DNA from: an uncultured Pelagibacteraceae bacterium
Lineage (GTDB): Bacteria > Pseudomonadota > Alphaproteobacteria > Pelagibacterales > AG-422-B15
Direction of reading: 5' to 3'
DNA: 64,000 nucleotides
Assembly: GCA_902610585.1 (NCBI GenBank)
Contig: CACLWE010000001.1
Span: forward strand, 110,970 to 174,969
Shown here piece by piece: positions 20,096 through 30,703 of this stretch; position 1 is the stretch's first letter; each line of letters begins with the position of its first letter. The position numbers and the translations under genes were made by a program. The notes under the pieces are model-generated. The model had not been told where the DNA came from and ran no database searches. It saw only the letters and a list, made by a program, of their open reading frames with translations.

Positions 20096-21322
20096 ATGTT
20101 AAAAAGATCACCTTTAGCGCCAAAAAACATAAAAACAATAAAACAGATTAATGGCATTGAATTGTATGTATATTCTGCGGGCTTATATAATAAGAAACGA
20201 CTAGATTTAACTTTATTTCTTTTCAAAAATAAAACCACGGTTGCTGAAGTTTTTACAAAGTCTTCACTTAGGTCATGCACGTTGGACTGGAATGAAAAAA
20301 ATTTAAAAAATAGGGAAATACAAGCTTTGGTTGTGAATTCTGGAAACGCAAATACTTTTACAGGTCGAGCAGGTATTAATTCGTTAACCAAAATAAGTAG
20401 CTTTGTTTCTAATAAGTTCAAAATCTCAGTTAAGAAGGTTTTTTTTGCATCTACAGGTGTTATAGGTGAAAAATTTCCTGAACAGAAAATACTAAATGCA
20501 TTAAAAAAAAACAAATCCAAATCTAAGAATTGGCTACAAGCAGCTCAATCAATTATGACAACCGATACTTTTCCAAAGGCAATTTCAGTAAAAACAATGA
20601 TTGAAAATAAGATGATCACTATCACAGGGATTGCGAAAGGTTCTGGAATGATAGAGCCGAACATGGCTACAATGCTGGGATTTATTTTTATAGATTGCTT
20701 GATACCTCAAAATATTTTGCAGAAATTATTAAAAGACCTTGTAGATAAGTCATTCAATAAAATAACTGTTGATGGAGATGAGTCTACTAACGATACTGTA
20801 ATTATGACTAGCACAAATAGTGTTTTATTAAAAAAAGCTATTTCATCTACAAAAGATAAGAGAATATCAAAAATAAAAAAAACTTTACTTCCTGTGTTTA
20901 AATATTTAGCTGAACAAATTGTAAGAGATGGTGAAGGTGCTACTAAATTATTAAATATAAATGTTGAAAGTGCTAAAAATATATATCAAGCAAAAAGAAT
21001 TGCTAAGGCTGTTGCAAATTCACCACTTGTAAAAACTGCCTTTTATGGAAATGATCCAAACTGGGGAAGAATCGTAATGGCCATCGGTAAAACATATGAA
21101 AAAATAAACCCAAAAAAGCTTAAGATTTATATTGGTAGGCAAATAGTTGTTGTTGACGGTGCAGAATATAAAAAATTAAATTTTCAAAGATTAAAAAAAT
21201 ATATGGCAGGTAAAGAAATTGATCTAAGACTCGATCTCGGACAAGGCAATTATTCCTATGAGTCACAAACTTGTGATTTTTCACACAGATATGTTGATAT
21301 CAATGCAGAATACAGGACATGA
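20096..21322 (+). CDS. argJ: bifunctional ornithine acetyltransferase / N-acetylglutamate synthase ArgJ
   Basis: Contains the autoproteolysis site context PNMATMLGFIF. Size is 408 aa. Confidence 0.9.
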   Translation: MLKRSPLAPKNIKTIKQINGIELYVYSAGLYNKKRLDLTLFLFKNKTTVAEVFTKSSLRSCTLDWNEKNLKNREIQALVVNSGNANTFTGRAGINSLTKISSFVSNKFKISVKKVFFASTGVIGEKFPEQKILNALKKNKSKSKNWLQAAQSIMTTDTFPKAISVKTMIENKMITITGIAKGSGMIEPNMATMLGFIFIDCLIPQNILQKLLKDLVDKSFNKITVDGDESTNDTVIMTSTNSVLLKKAISSTKDKRISKIKKTLLPVFKYLAEQIVRDGEGATKLLNINVESAKNIYQAKRIAKAVANSPLVKTAFYGNDPNWGRIVMAIGKTYEKINPKKLKIYIGRQIVVVDGAEYKKLNFQRLKKYMAGKEIDLRLDLGQGNYSYESQTCDFSHRYVDINAEYRT

Positions 21323-21711
21323 AGGTAGTATTTTGCTCTTCCGCAATTATCAAAAATAAAAATGGCGAAATTCTTTTAATGAGCAGAAAACGAAAAAAGT
21401 CTTTTGCCAGTTCTTGGGAGTTTCCAGGCGGTAAATTGAAAAATAACGAAAATTTTGTATTTGCATTATTCAGAGAGCTAAAAGAAGAGTTAAATATCAA
21501 AATAGACATAGGCAAATTATCAAATTATAAATTTTTTAAGCATCAGTATCGTTCATTTTTATTAATGATGTACGTTTTCGAGGTAACTGAATGGACAGGA
21601 AAAATTACAAGTAAAGAAGGTGAACGATTGAGGTGGGTGTCTGAAAAGGAGTTGAAAAAAGCGAAATTATTGCCTGCAAACACTAAAGTTACTAATTATT
21701 TTTTAAAATAA
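21319..21711 (+). CDS. mutT: NUDIX hydrolase (MutT-like 8-oxo-dGTP diphosphatase)
   Basis: Contains the Nudix box GGKLKNNENFVFALFRELKEELNI. Its ATG overlaps the argJ stop. Confidence 0.8.
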   Translation: MKVVFCSSAIIKNKNGEILLMSRKRKKSFASSWEFPGGKLKNNENFVFALFRELKEELNIKIDIGKLSNYKFFKHQYRSFLLMMYVFEVTEWTGKITSKEGERLRWVSEKELKKAKLLPANTKVTNYFLK

Positions 21712-22040
21712 CAACCAGTTTCCTCAGTGAATACAGAAACTATATTATATTCCCCATATTCAATTGAAATTTCTTTTTTTTCCTCATCTTTAATATAACC
21801 TAATAGCTTAATTTGATTGAACAATTCATCGTCAGACACTGATGCACTTATAATTCGATCATATGCTTCATCACAATAATCACTTTTCATCTCAGATATA
21901 AAGAAACAAACACAATAGTGCTTTGCTGAAGCATTTAAACCAATTAAAGTCTCATCAGACTTCACAGTATTAATATTTATAAAAAAAAATAATATAAATA
22001 TTATTAATGTGTTATAAGTTTTCAGAGATACTAAATGCAT
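21696..22040 (-). CDS. small secreted Cys-containing hypothetical protein (114 aa)
   Basis: Has a signal-peptide-like N-terminus (LIIFILFFFININTVKS). Its start codon is back-to-back with that of the next gene. Confidence 0.5.
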   Translation of the reverse strand: MHLVSLKTYNTLIIFILFFFININTVKSDETLIGLNASAKHYCVCFFISEMKSDYCDEAYDRIISASVSDDELFNQIKLLGYIKDEEKKEISIEYGEYNIVSVFTEETGCYFKK

Positions 22041-23138
22041 AAAATTATTAAACTTTTAACTTGTTTATCCTTTATTTTTATTTGGGTCAATCCATCATTA
22101 GCTATTATTAATCAATTACCACATAACGATGCAATCGAATGGCCAACAAATATATGGTCACAAAACCTAAAATTGATTGACGATAAAGAGTTTAGTTCAA
22201 TCATTAATTATACTTTCTCTGATAATTCCTACAATGAATTGGGACGTACGAATGCACTTTTAATTATTCAAGATGGAAGTATTGTATTTGAAAAGTACAA
22301 TTCTCCTATTACGCAAGATACCAAACTTGTCTCCTACTCAATGGCAAAAAGCTATATTGGTCTATTGACTGGGATGATGATTGAAAGGGGGTACATAAAA
22401 TCAAAAGACGAAACAAATCTCTTACCAAGTTGGGATGACAATAGAAAAAATATTTCCATAGGACATATGCTTAATATGCAGTCAGGGCTGGATTATGTTG
22501 AGGAATATGAATTAAGTGGAAGGTCAGATACATTGGATATGTTATTTGGGCAGGGAAGATTTGATCAAGCTGGGTTTGCATCATCCATGAAACTAAAAAC
22601 TCCTCTACCAGGTATGAAATACAACTACTCGACTGGAGAAACTAATATTATAAGTAAAATAATAAAAACAAGGCTTGAAGCTCAAGGAATTGACTATTTC
22701 GATTTCATAAAAAGCAATCTTATTGAAAAAATAGGTATAAAAAATTCGATCTTAGAATTTGATAATTCTGGAACTTTCATTGGTGGCAGCTCAATTTTTG
22801 CAAACGCAAGGGATTATGCAAGATTTGGATATTTATATTTAAGAGATGGATTATGGGATGGGGAGAGAATTGTATCAAAAGAATGGATTGATGATACAAG
22901 AACTCCAGCTAAAAACTCCTACCAAATGTATAGCAATCAGTTTTGGATGCCTCATCCAGCATTTATACGTGGACTTCCAAAGGATACTTACTACGCCGCA
23001 GGTTTTGGTGGGCAATATATATTAATTATTCCGTCTAAGGATATGATCGTTGTTCGATTAGGTGAAACTTACATGGAAAAAGATAAAGTTTTTAAAAATA
23101 TTTCTGAAATCATAAGTTATTTTGACGATAGGATCTAA
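22035..23138 (+). CDS. serine hydrolase of the beta-lactamase (class C / PBP4-like) family, secreted
   Basis: Has a signal peptide and the SxxK motif (YSMAKSY). Size is 367 aa. Confidence 0.75.
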   Translation: MHKIIKLLTCLSFIFIWVNPSLAIINQLPHNDAIEWPTNIWSQNLKLIDDKEFSSIINYTFSDNSYNELGRTNALLIIQDGSIVFEKYNSPITQDTKLVSYSMAKSYIGLLTGMMIERGYIKSKDETNLLPSWDDNRKNISIGHMLNMQSGLDYVEEYELSGRSDTLDMLFGQGRFDQAGFASSMKLKTPLPGMKYNYSTGETNIISKIIKTRLEAQGIDYFDFIKSNLIEKIGIKNSILEFDNSGTFIGGSSIFANARDYARFGYLYLRDGLWDGERIVSKEWIDDTRTPAKNSYQMYSNQFWMPHPAFIRGLPKDTYYAAGFGGQYILIIPSKDMIVVRLGETYMEKDKVFKNISEIISYFDDRI

Positions 23139-23142
23139 ATTT

Positions 23143-23406
23143 ATGAGTGACCAAATAATTATTTATTCATCCTATAATTGTGGATATTGCGACTTAGCAA
23201 AAAAACTTCTTGATAAAAAACAAATTAAATATCACGAAATTAATATTCAAGATAATCCCTCCCAAAGAGATATTATGTTAGATAGAGCTAATGGAAAAAG
23301 AACTGTTCCACAAATTTTTTTTAAAGAGCTGCATATTGGTGGATTTGAAGAACTAAATAAGCTTGAGATGTCGGGTACGCTTGATAAAATTTTGAATGAA
23401 AAATAA
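23143..23406 (+). CDS. grxC: glutaredoxin 3
   Basis: Contains CGYC active site, TVPQIF and GGFEEL motifs. I prefer the ATG at 23143 over the upstream TTG used in the ORF track. Confidence 0.9.
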   Translation: MSDQIIIYSSYNCGYCDLAKKLLDKKQIKYHEINIQDNPSQRDIMLDRANGKRTVPQIFFKELHIGGFEELNKLEMSGTLDKILNEK

Positions 23407-24211
23407 TTTAATAGTCGCCTGTCTTCAGCTTACATCAAATTCAGATATCTATAAAAACTTAAAAGAGACAATAGATCTTTCAAATAAAGCTATTGATAAA
23501 GGCGCATCTTTTATTTCAACACCAGAAGTTACAAATATTATCTCATTAGATCGACAAAAATTAAAAAGGTCAGTATTTCTGGAGAAGGACGATCCATTTC
23601 TTTTTGAATTTACAAAAATTGCAAAGAAAAAATCAGTATGGATATTGCTTGGCTCTATTGTTATCAAAGACAATAAGAACAAATTGTATAATCGTTCCTA
23701 TTTAATAAACAGCAAAGGCAATATTCAATGCAAGTATGATAAAATTCATATGTTTGATGTGAAAATATCCAAAAAAGAAAGCTATAAAGAGTCCAAAATC
23801 TTTAAACCAGGTAAAAAAATTGTGGTTACTAATACTCCTTGGGGAAAAATTGGTTTATCAATTTGTTATGATTTAAGATTCCCTGAACTTTATAGAAAAC
23901 AAGTGATGATGGGGGCAAAGTTAATTACTATTCCTTCAGCATTCACAACCACTACAGGTAGGGCTCACTGGCATAATCTTATAAAAACACGAGCTATTGA
24001 AAATGGTTCTTATGTTTTAGCTCCTGCACAATACGGAAAAAATTCACTAAAACGACATACCTATGGACACAGTTTAATTGTATCTCCATGGGGCGAGGTA
24101 TTAGCTGAAAAAAAGACAGGAAAAGGGATTATAATGGCTTGTTTGGACTTTAAAAAGCTTGCTAAAATTAGAGCTAATATACCAAGTTTCAGGACACAAA
24201 TATTGAAATAA
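23396..24211 (+). CDS. carbon-nitrogen hydrolase (nitrilase-superfamily amidase)
   Basis: Shows an E-K-C triad context: PE...K(YDKIHMFD)...ICYDLRFPE. Size is 271 aa. Confidence 0.8.
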   Translation: MKNNLIVACLQLTSNSDIYKNLKETIDLSNKAIDKGASFISTPEVTNIISLDRQKLKRSVFLEKDDPFLFEFTKIAKKKSVWILLGSIVIKDNKNKLYNRSYLINSKGNIQCKYDKIHMFDVKISKKESYKESKIFKPGKKIVVTNTPWGKIGLSICYDLRFPELYRKQVMMGAKLITIPSAFTTTTGRAHWHNLIKTRAIENGSYVLAPAQYGKNSLKRHTYGHSLIVSPWGEVLAEKKTGKGIIMACLDFKKLAKIRANIPSFRTQILK

Positions 24212-24238
24212 ACAAGATAATTACAATATAGAGTTATT

Positions 24239-24655
24239 ATGATCGTTTTTAATTTACAATGCAGTAACTGTTCTCATTCATTTGAAGGATGGTTTGGGTC
24301 ATCCAAATCATGTGAAACACAAATCAAAAAAAAGTTAGTTCAATGTGTTTCGTGCGGGTCCTCAAATATTACTAAAGAACTTTCATTGCCAAATGTATCC
24401 ATAAAAAAAACTAACTTTACTCCAAACGAAAAAGCACTCAGAGACTTTCGAAATAAAGTAAAAGAAGTAAATAAATTTGTTAAACAAAATTTTGAATTTG
24501 TTGGAGACCAGTTTGCATACGAAGCAAGAAAAATTCACTACAATAGATCTAATAAAAAGCCAGTATACGGCAACGCTTCTAAAGATGAAGTTACTGATTT
24601 AAATGATGAGGGTATTGAGGTAACTTCTATTCCATGGATTAAAGAAGATAATTAA
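24239..24655 (+). CDS. DUF1178-type zinc-ribbon protein
   Basis: Has an N-terminal CSNC...CVSCGS pair. At 138 aa it fits a small protein typically conserved in alphaproteobacteria. Confidence 0.6.
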   Translation: MIVFNLQCSNCSHSFEGWFGSSKSCETQIKKKLVQCVSCGSSNITKELSLPNVSIKKTNFTPNEKALRDFRNKVKEVNKFVKQNFEFVGDQFAYEARKIHYNRSNKKPVYGNASKDEVTDLNDEGIEVTSIPWIKEDN

Positions 24656-25383
24656 TTCTTTTTTCCAGAAACAATAAAATTTGCATCCATTCTTTTAGAC
24701 ATAAACCATTCGTCTCTTAATGGATTATAATTTACACCTGTATTACTAATCACATCAAAGTTGTTTTGAATAAAAAAAGAGTAAATGTCCTCAGGAGTTA
24801 AAAACTTATTCCAATCATGTGTACCTTTAGGAAGAAATCCTAATACATATTCAGCCATAAATTTTGCAAAAATAAGCGAAAAGATGGATTTATTAATAGT
24901 TGCTATAAACATAATACCATTATCAGATACCAGGCCACTACATTCTTTAATAAAATTTTTTGGATTGTTAACATGTTCTATTACTTCCAAATTTAAAATG
25001 ACATCATACTTTTTATTTTTATCAAGATTTTCAGCAGTTGTATTAAGATAGTTAATATCTAAATTATTTTCTTCAGCATGAATTTTTGCAGTGATGCAAT
25101 TTTTCTCTAAAGCGTCAATACCAGTTACTTCTGCACCTAACCTTGCTAATGGTTCAATCATTAGTCCCCCACCACATCCAATGTCCAAAACTGATAATCC
25201 CTTTAAAGGTAGTTCTTTTTTTTGGTCTATTGCATAATGATCTTTAATTGTATTAATTATATATTCCAGTCTTATGGGATTAAATTTATGCAGTGTTTTA
25301 AATTTGCCATCATGCTTCCACCATTCCTTGGCAAGATTTTTAAACTTGTTAATTTCAGTTTTATCAATCGAAGAAATGTCCAT
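24652..25383 (-). CDS. ubiG: bifunctional ubiquinone-biosynthesis O-methyltransferase UbiG
   Basis: Contains E..KF..LA..WW, LDIGCGGGL and VLNLEVIEHV motifs. Size is 243 aa. Confidence 0.9.
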   Translation of the reverse strand: MDISSIDKTEINKFKNLAKEWWKHDGKFKTLHKFNPIRLEYIINTIKDHYAIDQKKELPLKGLSVLDIGCGGGLMIEPLARLGAEVTGIDALEKNCITAKIHAEENNLDINYLNTTAENLDKNKKYDVILNLEVIEHVNNPKNFIKECSGLVSDNGIMFIATINKSIFSLIFAKFMAEYVLGFLPKGTHDWNKFLTPEDIYSFFIQNNFDVISNTGVNYNPLRDEWFMSKRMDANFIVSGKKN

Positions 25384-25484
25384 AAATCAACCATTTAACT
25401 AATACTTGATTAAAGTATAGTATTCAAGTAATCCTTGTTTTTGTTTAGAGTATTAAGTAACACAAATTAATAACGAAAAGTCAA

Positions 25485-26705
25485 ATGTCCACTATAGTTT
25501 TAAAATTTGGCGGAACATCAGTAGCTACTACTGAATTAATTGAATCCGCGGCTAATATTGTCAAATCAGAATATGATAAAGGCAATAATATAGTTGTAGT
25601 TGTTTCCGCCATGTCTGGAGCCACTAATCAGCTAATAGGGCATGTCGATAAGATAAATTATAATGATGATAGTGAATACGATGTTGTTGTTTCATCAGGA
25701 GAGCAAGTAACAGCAGGATTAATGTCACTGGCTCTAAAAAAAATTGGTCTACCATCTCGATCCTGGCTTGGTTGGCAAGTCCCGATAATTACTAGAGGAT
25801 CGCATAGAAACTCATTTATTGATAAAGTGATACCGGATAAAATCATTAACGATTTTGAAAACAAGAAGATTGCTGTCGTAGCTGGTTTTCAAGGTATTTC
25901 AAATGAGGGTAGAATTACGACTATTGGTCGTGGAGGTTCTGATAACACTGCAGTATTCATGGCTTCAGCTATAAATGCCGAAAGGTGCGATATTTATACT
26001 GATGTTGATGGAGTTTATACCTCCGATCCTAGGATGACAGAAAATGTAAGAAGACTAGATAAAATTTCTTATGAGGAGATGATCGAAATGGCTTCACAAG
26101 GGGCTAAAGTTTTACAAACAGCTTCAGTTGAATCTGCAATGAGCAATGATGTAGACGTATATGTTCGATCAACATTCAGTCCATCTGATAAGGGAACTTT
26201 AATTTCAAATGATGTAAATAATGAAAACGATAGGGCAGTAACAGGAGTTGCTTATTCTAAAGATGAGGCGAAAATAACTCTTATCGATGTGGAAGATAAA
26301 CCCGGAGTTGCTGCAGAGATTTTTAATAGGCTTGCAGAGAATTCTGTTAATGTTGATATGATAGTTCAGAACAATTTTGTTGAAAGAAAAATGACAAATC
26401 TTACTTTTACAATTCCAATGATAGATCTTGATAAAGCGCTAAAAATTTTAGAAAATTTACAAAAAAAACTCACGATTTCAAAAGTTTTAAACGAAAAAAA
26501 CCTCTCAAAAGTTTCTATTATTGGATCAGGAATGAGAAATCAGCCAGGTATAGCTGCGAAAATGTTTGAATGTTTATCCAAAAATAAAATCAATATCGAA
26601 GTAATCTCAACATCTGAAATAAAGATAAGCGTCTTAATAAATAAAGATAAAACAGAAGAAGCTGTAAATGCACTGCATGCTGTATTTCAGCTAGACCAGA
26701 TATAG
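25485..26705 (+). CDS. lysC: aspartate kinase with two C-terminal ACT domains
   Basis: Contains KFGGTSV, SAMSGATN and GRGGSDNTA motifs. Size is 406 aa. Confidence 0.92.
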   Translation: MSTIVLKFGGTSVATTELIESAANIVKSEYDKGNNIVVVVSAMSGATNQLIGHVDKINYNDDSEYDVVVSSGEQVTAGLMSLALKKIGLPSRSWLGWQVPIITRGSHRNSFIDKVIPDKIINDFENKKIAVVAGFQGISNEGRITTIGRGGSDNTAVFMASAINAERCDIYTDVDGVYTSDPRMTENVRRLDKISYEEMIEMASQGAKVLQTASVESAMSNDVDVYVRSTFSPSDKGTLISNDVNNENDRAVTGVAYSKDEAKITLIDVEDKPGVAAEIFNRLAENSVNVDMIVQNNFVERKMTNLTFTIPMIDLDKALKILENLQKKLTISKVLNEKNLSKVSIIGSGMRNQPGIAAKMFECLSKNKINIEVISTSEIKISVLINKDKTEEAVNALHAVFQLDQI

Positions 26706-26806
26706 TGCCGATGCTTGATATTAACTACTATTCTATAAGAAATAATCATTTTGGGTAATTGATGGGTTTATTTTTTTTATTTTAAGGTTTAATTAATTCA
26801 CAGTGT

Positions 26807-27598
26807 ATGTACCAGAATTTTCTATTTGAACTTAAGAACCAGAGAGAAGCTAGGGGCTGTTCAGTAGACGATTTAAGTAAAGAGACAAAGATTTCAAAAA
26901 AAGTTATTATTGAAATTGAAAATCTTAATGAAAGTGAAGTGGACTCATTTCCACAAAAGCATCTACTTTTTTTATACGCAAAACACCTAGGCGTAGTTGT
27001 TCCTGAAAAAAAAATTACTTTTACTCATTCCACAATAGAAAGTTCTACTAAGTTATCGAGCAATCTATCAGCGGCCAACTCTTTTTTATCGCTAATAAAT
27101 AATTTTAAATTCCAAATTCTATTTCCTTTATTTTTAATTTTTATAATTTTAAGCTTTAATCATTCCTTAAAAAATAACAATTTATCTGTTGAATTAAGAT
27201 TAGATAATACTGAAATAATAACTCAAAATGATTTAGAAAATAATTTAGCTGAAAATAGTTTTTTTAGTTTTAATCAAACAAATACAGAAAAATTAAATCC
27301 ACATTTAAGTTATTCTAAACAATCTGCCAGGTTATCCAGCAATAAGCAAAATTTTTTGGAAACAGTTAGTTTATCAATATTATTTGACAACGAAGTTTGG
27401 ATAGAGGTTGATAATGCAAAGGAAATATTAATTAGTCAGGTTTTCAAAGAGGGTGAAGAGCTTAATCTTGAGGTATCAAAAAATGACGAAATATTTGTAA
27501 CCTCGGGGAATATGGGTCTTATTTCAATAAAAGTTAACAATGGCCAAATAAAATTTCTAGGCTCCATAGGCGAGATAGGTAGAAAACAGATTTTTTAA
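26807..27598 (+). CDS. rodZ: RodZ-like cytoskeleton-associated protein (HTH + TM + DUF4115)
   Basis: Has an XRE-type HTH near the N-terminus and a single TM segment (ILFPLFLIFIILSF). The C-terminal beta-rich domain reads VWIEVDNAKE...VTSGNMGLISIKVNNG. It lies upstream of ispG, as rodZ does in many bacteria. Confidence 0.65.
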   Translation: MYQNFLFELKNQREARGCSVDDLSKETKISKKVIIEIENLNESEVDSFPQKHLLFLYAKHLGVVVPEKKITFTHSTIESSTKLSSNLSAANSFLSLINNFKFQILFPLFLIFIILSFNHSLKNNNLSVELRLDNTEIITQNDLENNLAENSFFSFNQTNTEKLNPHLSYSKQSARLSSNKQNFLETVSLSILFDNEVWIEVDNAKEILISQVFKEGEELNLEVSKNDEIFVTSGNMGLISIKVNNGQIKFLGSIGEIGRKQIF

Positions 27599-27653
27599 GT
27601 TTTCAAATCAACTCTTTCATTATATTTAATACCTACCTAATTTATAAATAAAT

Positions 27654-28745
27654 ATGAGCCAGTACTCTCAAAACAAAATAATACGCCGGCGTACAAAGAA
27701 GATTAAGGTTGGAAGTTTAGAAGTTGGTGGCGATGCAAGAATTTCTGTGCAATCAATGACAAACACGCTTACATCAAATGCTGATGCAACATTAAAACAA
27801 ATTAATGATTTAGTATCTGAAGGCGCAGATATCGTTAGGGTGTCTTGTCCCGACCGAGAGTCCACAAAATCTCTTAAAGAGATTATTAATAATGTGGATG
27901 TACCAATCGTTGCAGATATTCACTTTCACTACAAGCGTGCGATCGAAGCTGCTGAAGCGGGCGCTGCTTGCTTGAGAATAAATCCTGGTAATATTGGAGT
28001 AGATAAAATTATTGAGGTTATTGATGCAGCTAAACAAAATAACATTTGTATGCGTATAGGAGTAAATGCAGGCTCTATTGATGAAAAAATTCTAAAAAAA
28101 TACAGTGAACCTTGTGCTGATGCCTTAGTCGAGAGCGCAATAGCAAATATACGCCTGCTCGAAGATAATAATTTTGATAATTTTAAAATAAGTGTCAAGG
28201 CATCAGATGTATTTACTACAATTGAAGCTTATGAAAAATTAGCAAAACTATGTGATTATCCATTTCATGTTGGGTTGACAGAAGCAGGAACTTATTTATC
28301 AGGCTCGATTAAGTCATCCATAAGTATTGGCAATCTTCTCTCACAAGGGATTGGAGACACAATTAGAGTTTCATTAACAGCAGATCCTGTTGAGGAAATT
28401 AAAGTAGGTCACGAGATATTGAAGAGTTTGAATTTAGGTTCTAGGGGCATTAAAATTATTTCCTGCCCTTCTTGCGCTAGACAGGCTTTCCCAGTAATAG
28501 ATACAGTTCGTGAGCTTGAAAGAAGATTGTCACACATTAAAGATCCTATAACTCTCTCAATTATTGGCTGTGTTGTAAATGGTCCGGGAGAAGCATTAAA
28601 TAGTGATATAGGGGTAACCGGTGGCGGAAAGGGAAATAATATGATTTATTTGTCAGGAGTTGCTGATCATAAAATAAAAAATCCCGAAATAGTTGATCAC
28701 GTAGTTAATCTTGTAGAGAAAAAGATTCAATCACTTCATGATTAA
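27654..28745 (+). CDS. ispG: 4-hydroxy-3-methylbut-2-en-1-yl diphosphate synthase
   Basis: Contains [15 protein letters not shown] and CPSCAR...GCVVNGPGE motifs. Confidence 0.95.
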   Translation: MSQYSQNKIIRRRTKKIKVGSLEVGGDARISVQSMTNTLTSNADATLKQINDLVSEGADIVRVSCPDRESTKSLKEIINNVDVPIVADIHFHYKRAIEAAEAGAACLRINPGNIGVDKIIEVIDAAKQNNICMRIGVNAGSIDEKILKKYSEPCADALVESAIANIRLLEDNNFDNFKISVKASDVFTTIEAYEKLAKLCDYPFHVGLTEAGTYLSGSIKSSISIGNLLSQGIGDTIRVSLTADPVEEIKVGHEILKSLNLGSRGIKIISCPSCARQAFPVIDTVRELERRLSHIKDPITLSIIGCVVNGPGEALNSDIGVTGGGKGNNMIYLSGVADHKIKNPEIVDHVVNLVEKKIQSLHD

Positions 28746-29787
28746 GCAGGATGAATTAGAAAAGATTCAAGATAAATACAAAAATCTTGAAAATGAATTA
28801 AACCAATCAGTAAATGATAAAGATAAATATGTATCCCTTTCAAAAGAATATGCTGATTTAAAGCCTTTATATGATCAAGTTAATTTATACTTAGCTCAAC
28901 AGTCAGAATTAGAAGAATTAAATAGTGTGATCAACGGTAACGACACTGATTTAATTGAAATAGCCAAATCTGAAATCAATAATGTTAAAGAAAAATTATT
29001 AGTGGCTGAAAATGCTTTGAAAGAATTAATGATTCCAAAAGATCCATTGGATCAAAAAAATGTAATTCTAGAGGTCAGGGCTGGTACTGGCGGCGATGAG
29101 GCCGCTTTATTTGCTAATGATCTTTTGCGCATGTATCAGCGCTATGCTGAAAATCAGGGCTGGAAAATTGAATATATTTCTATTTCAGACTCTGAAAAAG
29201 GAGGCATTAAAGAAGCCGTTGCAAAAATTTCAGGTAACAGCGTTTATTCAAAACTTAAGTTCGAGTCAGGTGTCCATCGAGTTCAAAGAGTTCCAGAAAC
29301 TGAGTCTCAGGGAAGAGTTCATACTTCTGCAGCGAGTGTAGTTGTATTACCTGAAGCTGAGGATCTAGATATTCAAGTCGATGATAAAGATATTAGAGTC
29401 GATGTATTTAGATCTAGTGGTGCAGGAGGGCAACATGTTAATACAACTGATAGTGCAGTTAGAATAACTCATCTTCCATCTGGTATCGTCGTACAACAAC
29501 AGGATGAAAAATCTCAACATAAGAATAAAGCCAAAGCTATGTTAGTTTTAAAAACAAGATTATATGATTTCGAGCGTAAAAAACAAGATGATGATATAGC
29601 AGATAAAAGAAAATCACAGATAGGTTCAGGTGATAGATCAGAAAGGATCAGGACCTATAATTTTCCTCAGGGAAGAGTGACTGATCATCGCATAAATTTA
29701 ACGCTCTACAAACTAGAGCAAATATTGAATTCTACAGGATTAGAGGAAGTGATCACAAATCTAATACTTGAAGATCAAGGAAGATGA
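28738..29787 (+). CDS. prfA: peptide chain release factor 1
   Basis: Contains the GGQ motif ([16 protein letters not shown]) and a PET-type tripeptide region. It overlaps the ispG end by 8 nt. Confidence 0.95.
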   Translation: MIKQDELEKIQDKYKNLENELNQSVNDKDKYVSLSKEYADLKPLYDQVNLYLAQQSELEELNSVINGNDTDLIEIAKSEINNVKEKLLVAENALKELMIPKDPLDQKNVILEVRAGTGGDEAALFANDLLRMYQRYAENQGWKIEYISISDSEKGGIKEAVAKISGNSVYSKLKFESGVHRVQRVPETESQGRVHTSAASVVVLPEAEDLDIQVDDKDIRVDVFRSSGAGGQHVNTTDSAVRITHLPSGIVVQQQDEKSQHKNKAKAMLVLKTRLYDFERKKQDDDIADKRKSQIGSGDRSERIRTYNFPQGRVTDHRINLTLYKLEQILNSTGLEEVITNLILEDQGR

Positions 29788-29788
29788 T

Positions 29789-30616
29789 ATGTCCTCATTA
29801 AATAAACTTCTATATTATGAAGACTCTTGTATACCTATTTTAGAAAAAAAAATACTTTTGAAGTATATTCTGAATACTTCTAATGAAGAAATTAATATTA
29901 GTCATAATAAGTCACTAGATCATATTGAATTGGGTCAATATAAAGAACTAATTCAGAGAAGAAAAAAAAGTGAGCCAATTGCATACATAATAAATAAAAA
30001 AGAATTTTGGAACGATACATTCTTTATAGATAATTCAGTATTAATTCCAAGACCTGACAGTGAGATTATCATTGAAACTGCTATCAAATACTTTCCTGAT
30101 ACAGACCAAAATCTTAAAATATTAGATCTAGGCACAGGCTCCGGATGCCTGATAATATCGCTCCTGAGGGAATTTAAAAATAGTCAGGGTATTGGCATCG
30201 ATTTCGATAAAAAGGCTTTAAAAGTAGCGAAGCAGAATAAAAGTAATTTACTAAATGAAAATAGATTAAAATTTTGCAATGCGGATTTTTCTGAATTCAA
30301 TACGATAAATTATGATCTTATAGTTTGTAATCCACCATATGTTTCAATCTCATCAAGAGATATTATGCTCAAGGATGTTCAAGATTTCGAGCCTGAAATC
30401 GCTCTTTTTGCAAAAGATAACGGATTAAGGTGTTTTAAAATGGTTTTAGATAATCTGATTAAATATGAAAATAAAAAACAATTGATCATTTTTGAAATCG
30501 GTTACAATCAATTGAAACCAATTCAAAAACTGCTAAAAAATACTGGTTTTCAGCTTATTTCAGTAGAAAAAGACATTTCTGATATACCAAGGTGTATCGT
30601 TACAAAAAGAATATAA
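29789..30616 (+). CDS. prmC: release-factor glutamine N5-methyltransferase PrmC/HemK
   Basis: Contains LDLGTGSGC and NPPY motifs. I prefer the ATG at 29789, 1 nt after the prfA stop, over the upstream TTG at 29768. Confidence 0.88.
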   Translation: MSSLNKLLYYEDSCIPILEKKILLKYILNTSNEEINISHNKSLDHIELGQYKELIQRRKKSEPIAYIINKKEFWNDTFFIDNSVLIPRPDSEIIIETAIKYFPDTDQNLKILDLGTGSGCLIISLLREFKNSQGIGIDFDKKALKVAKQNKSNLLNENRLKFCNADFSEFNTINYDLIVCNPPYVSISSRDIMLKDVQDFEPEIALFAKDNGLRCFKMVLDNLIKYENKKQLIIFEIGYNQLKPIQKLLKNTGFQLISVEKDISDIPRCIVTKRI

Positions 30617-30703
30617 ATTAAAACTTGATTAATTTTGTACTTAACACTAGTTTACATAATCTCGAACAATAAATTACCTAAAAATTAGGTTTAAATTTTC
30701 AAA

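Noticed and set aside
20071-20520. A 149-aa minus-strand ORF overlapping the start of argJ.
   Set aside because: It is antisense to a well-supported argJ, with low-complexity hydrophobic content. Other short antisense ORFs in the track (inside mcm, cobT, secA, ispG, aroB and others) are rejected for the same reason.
25384-25484. A possible lysine riboswitch (L-box) upstream of lysC.
   Set aside because: The spacer is only about 100 nt. It lacks the conserved helices and length (about 180 nt) of an L-box.
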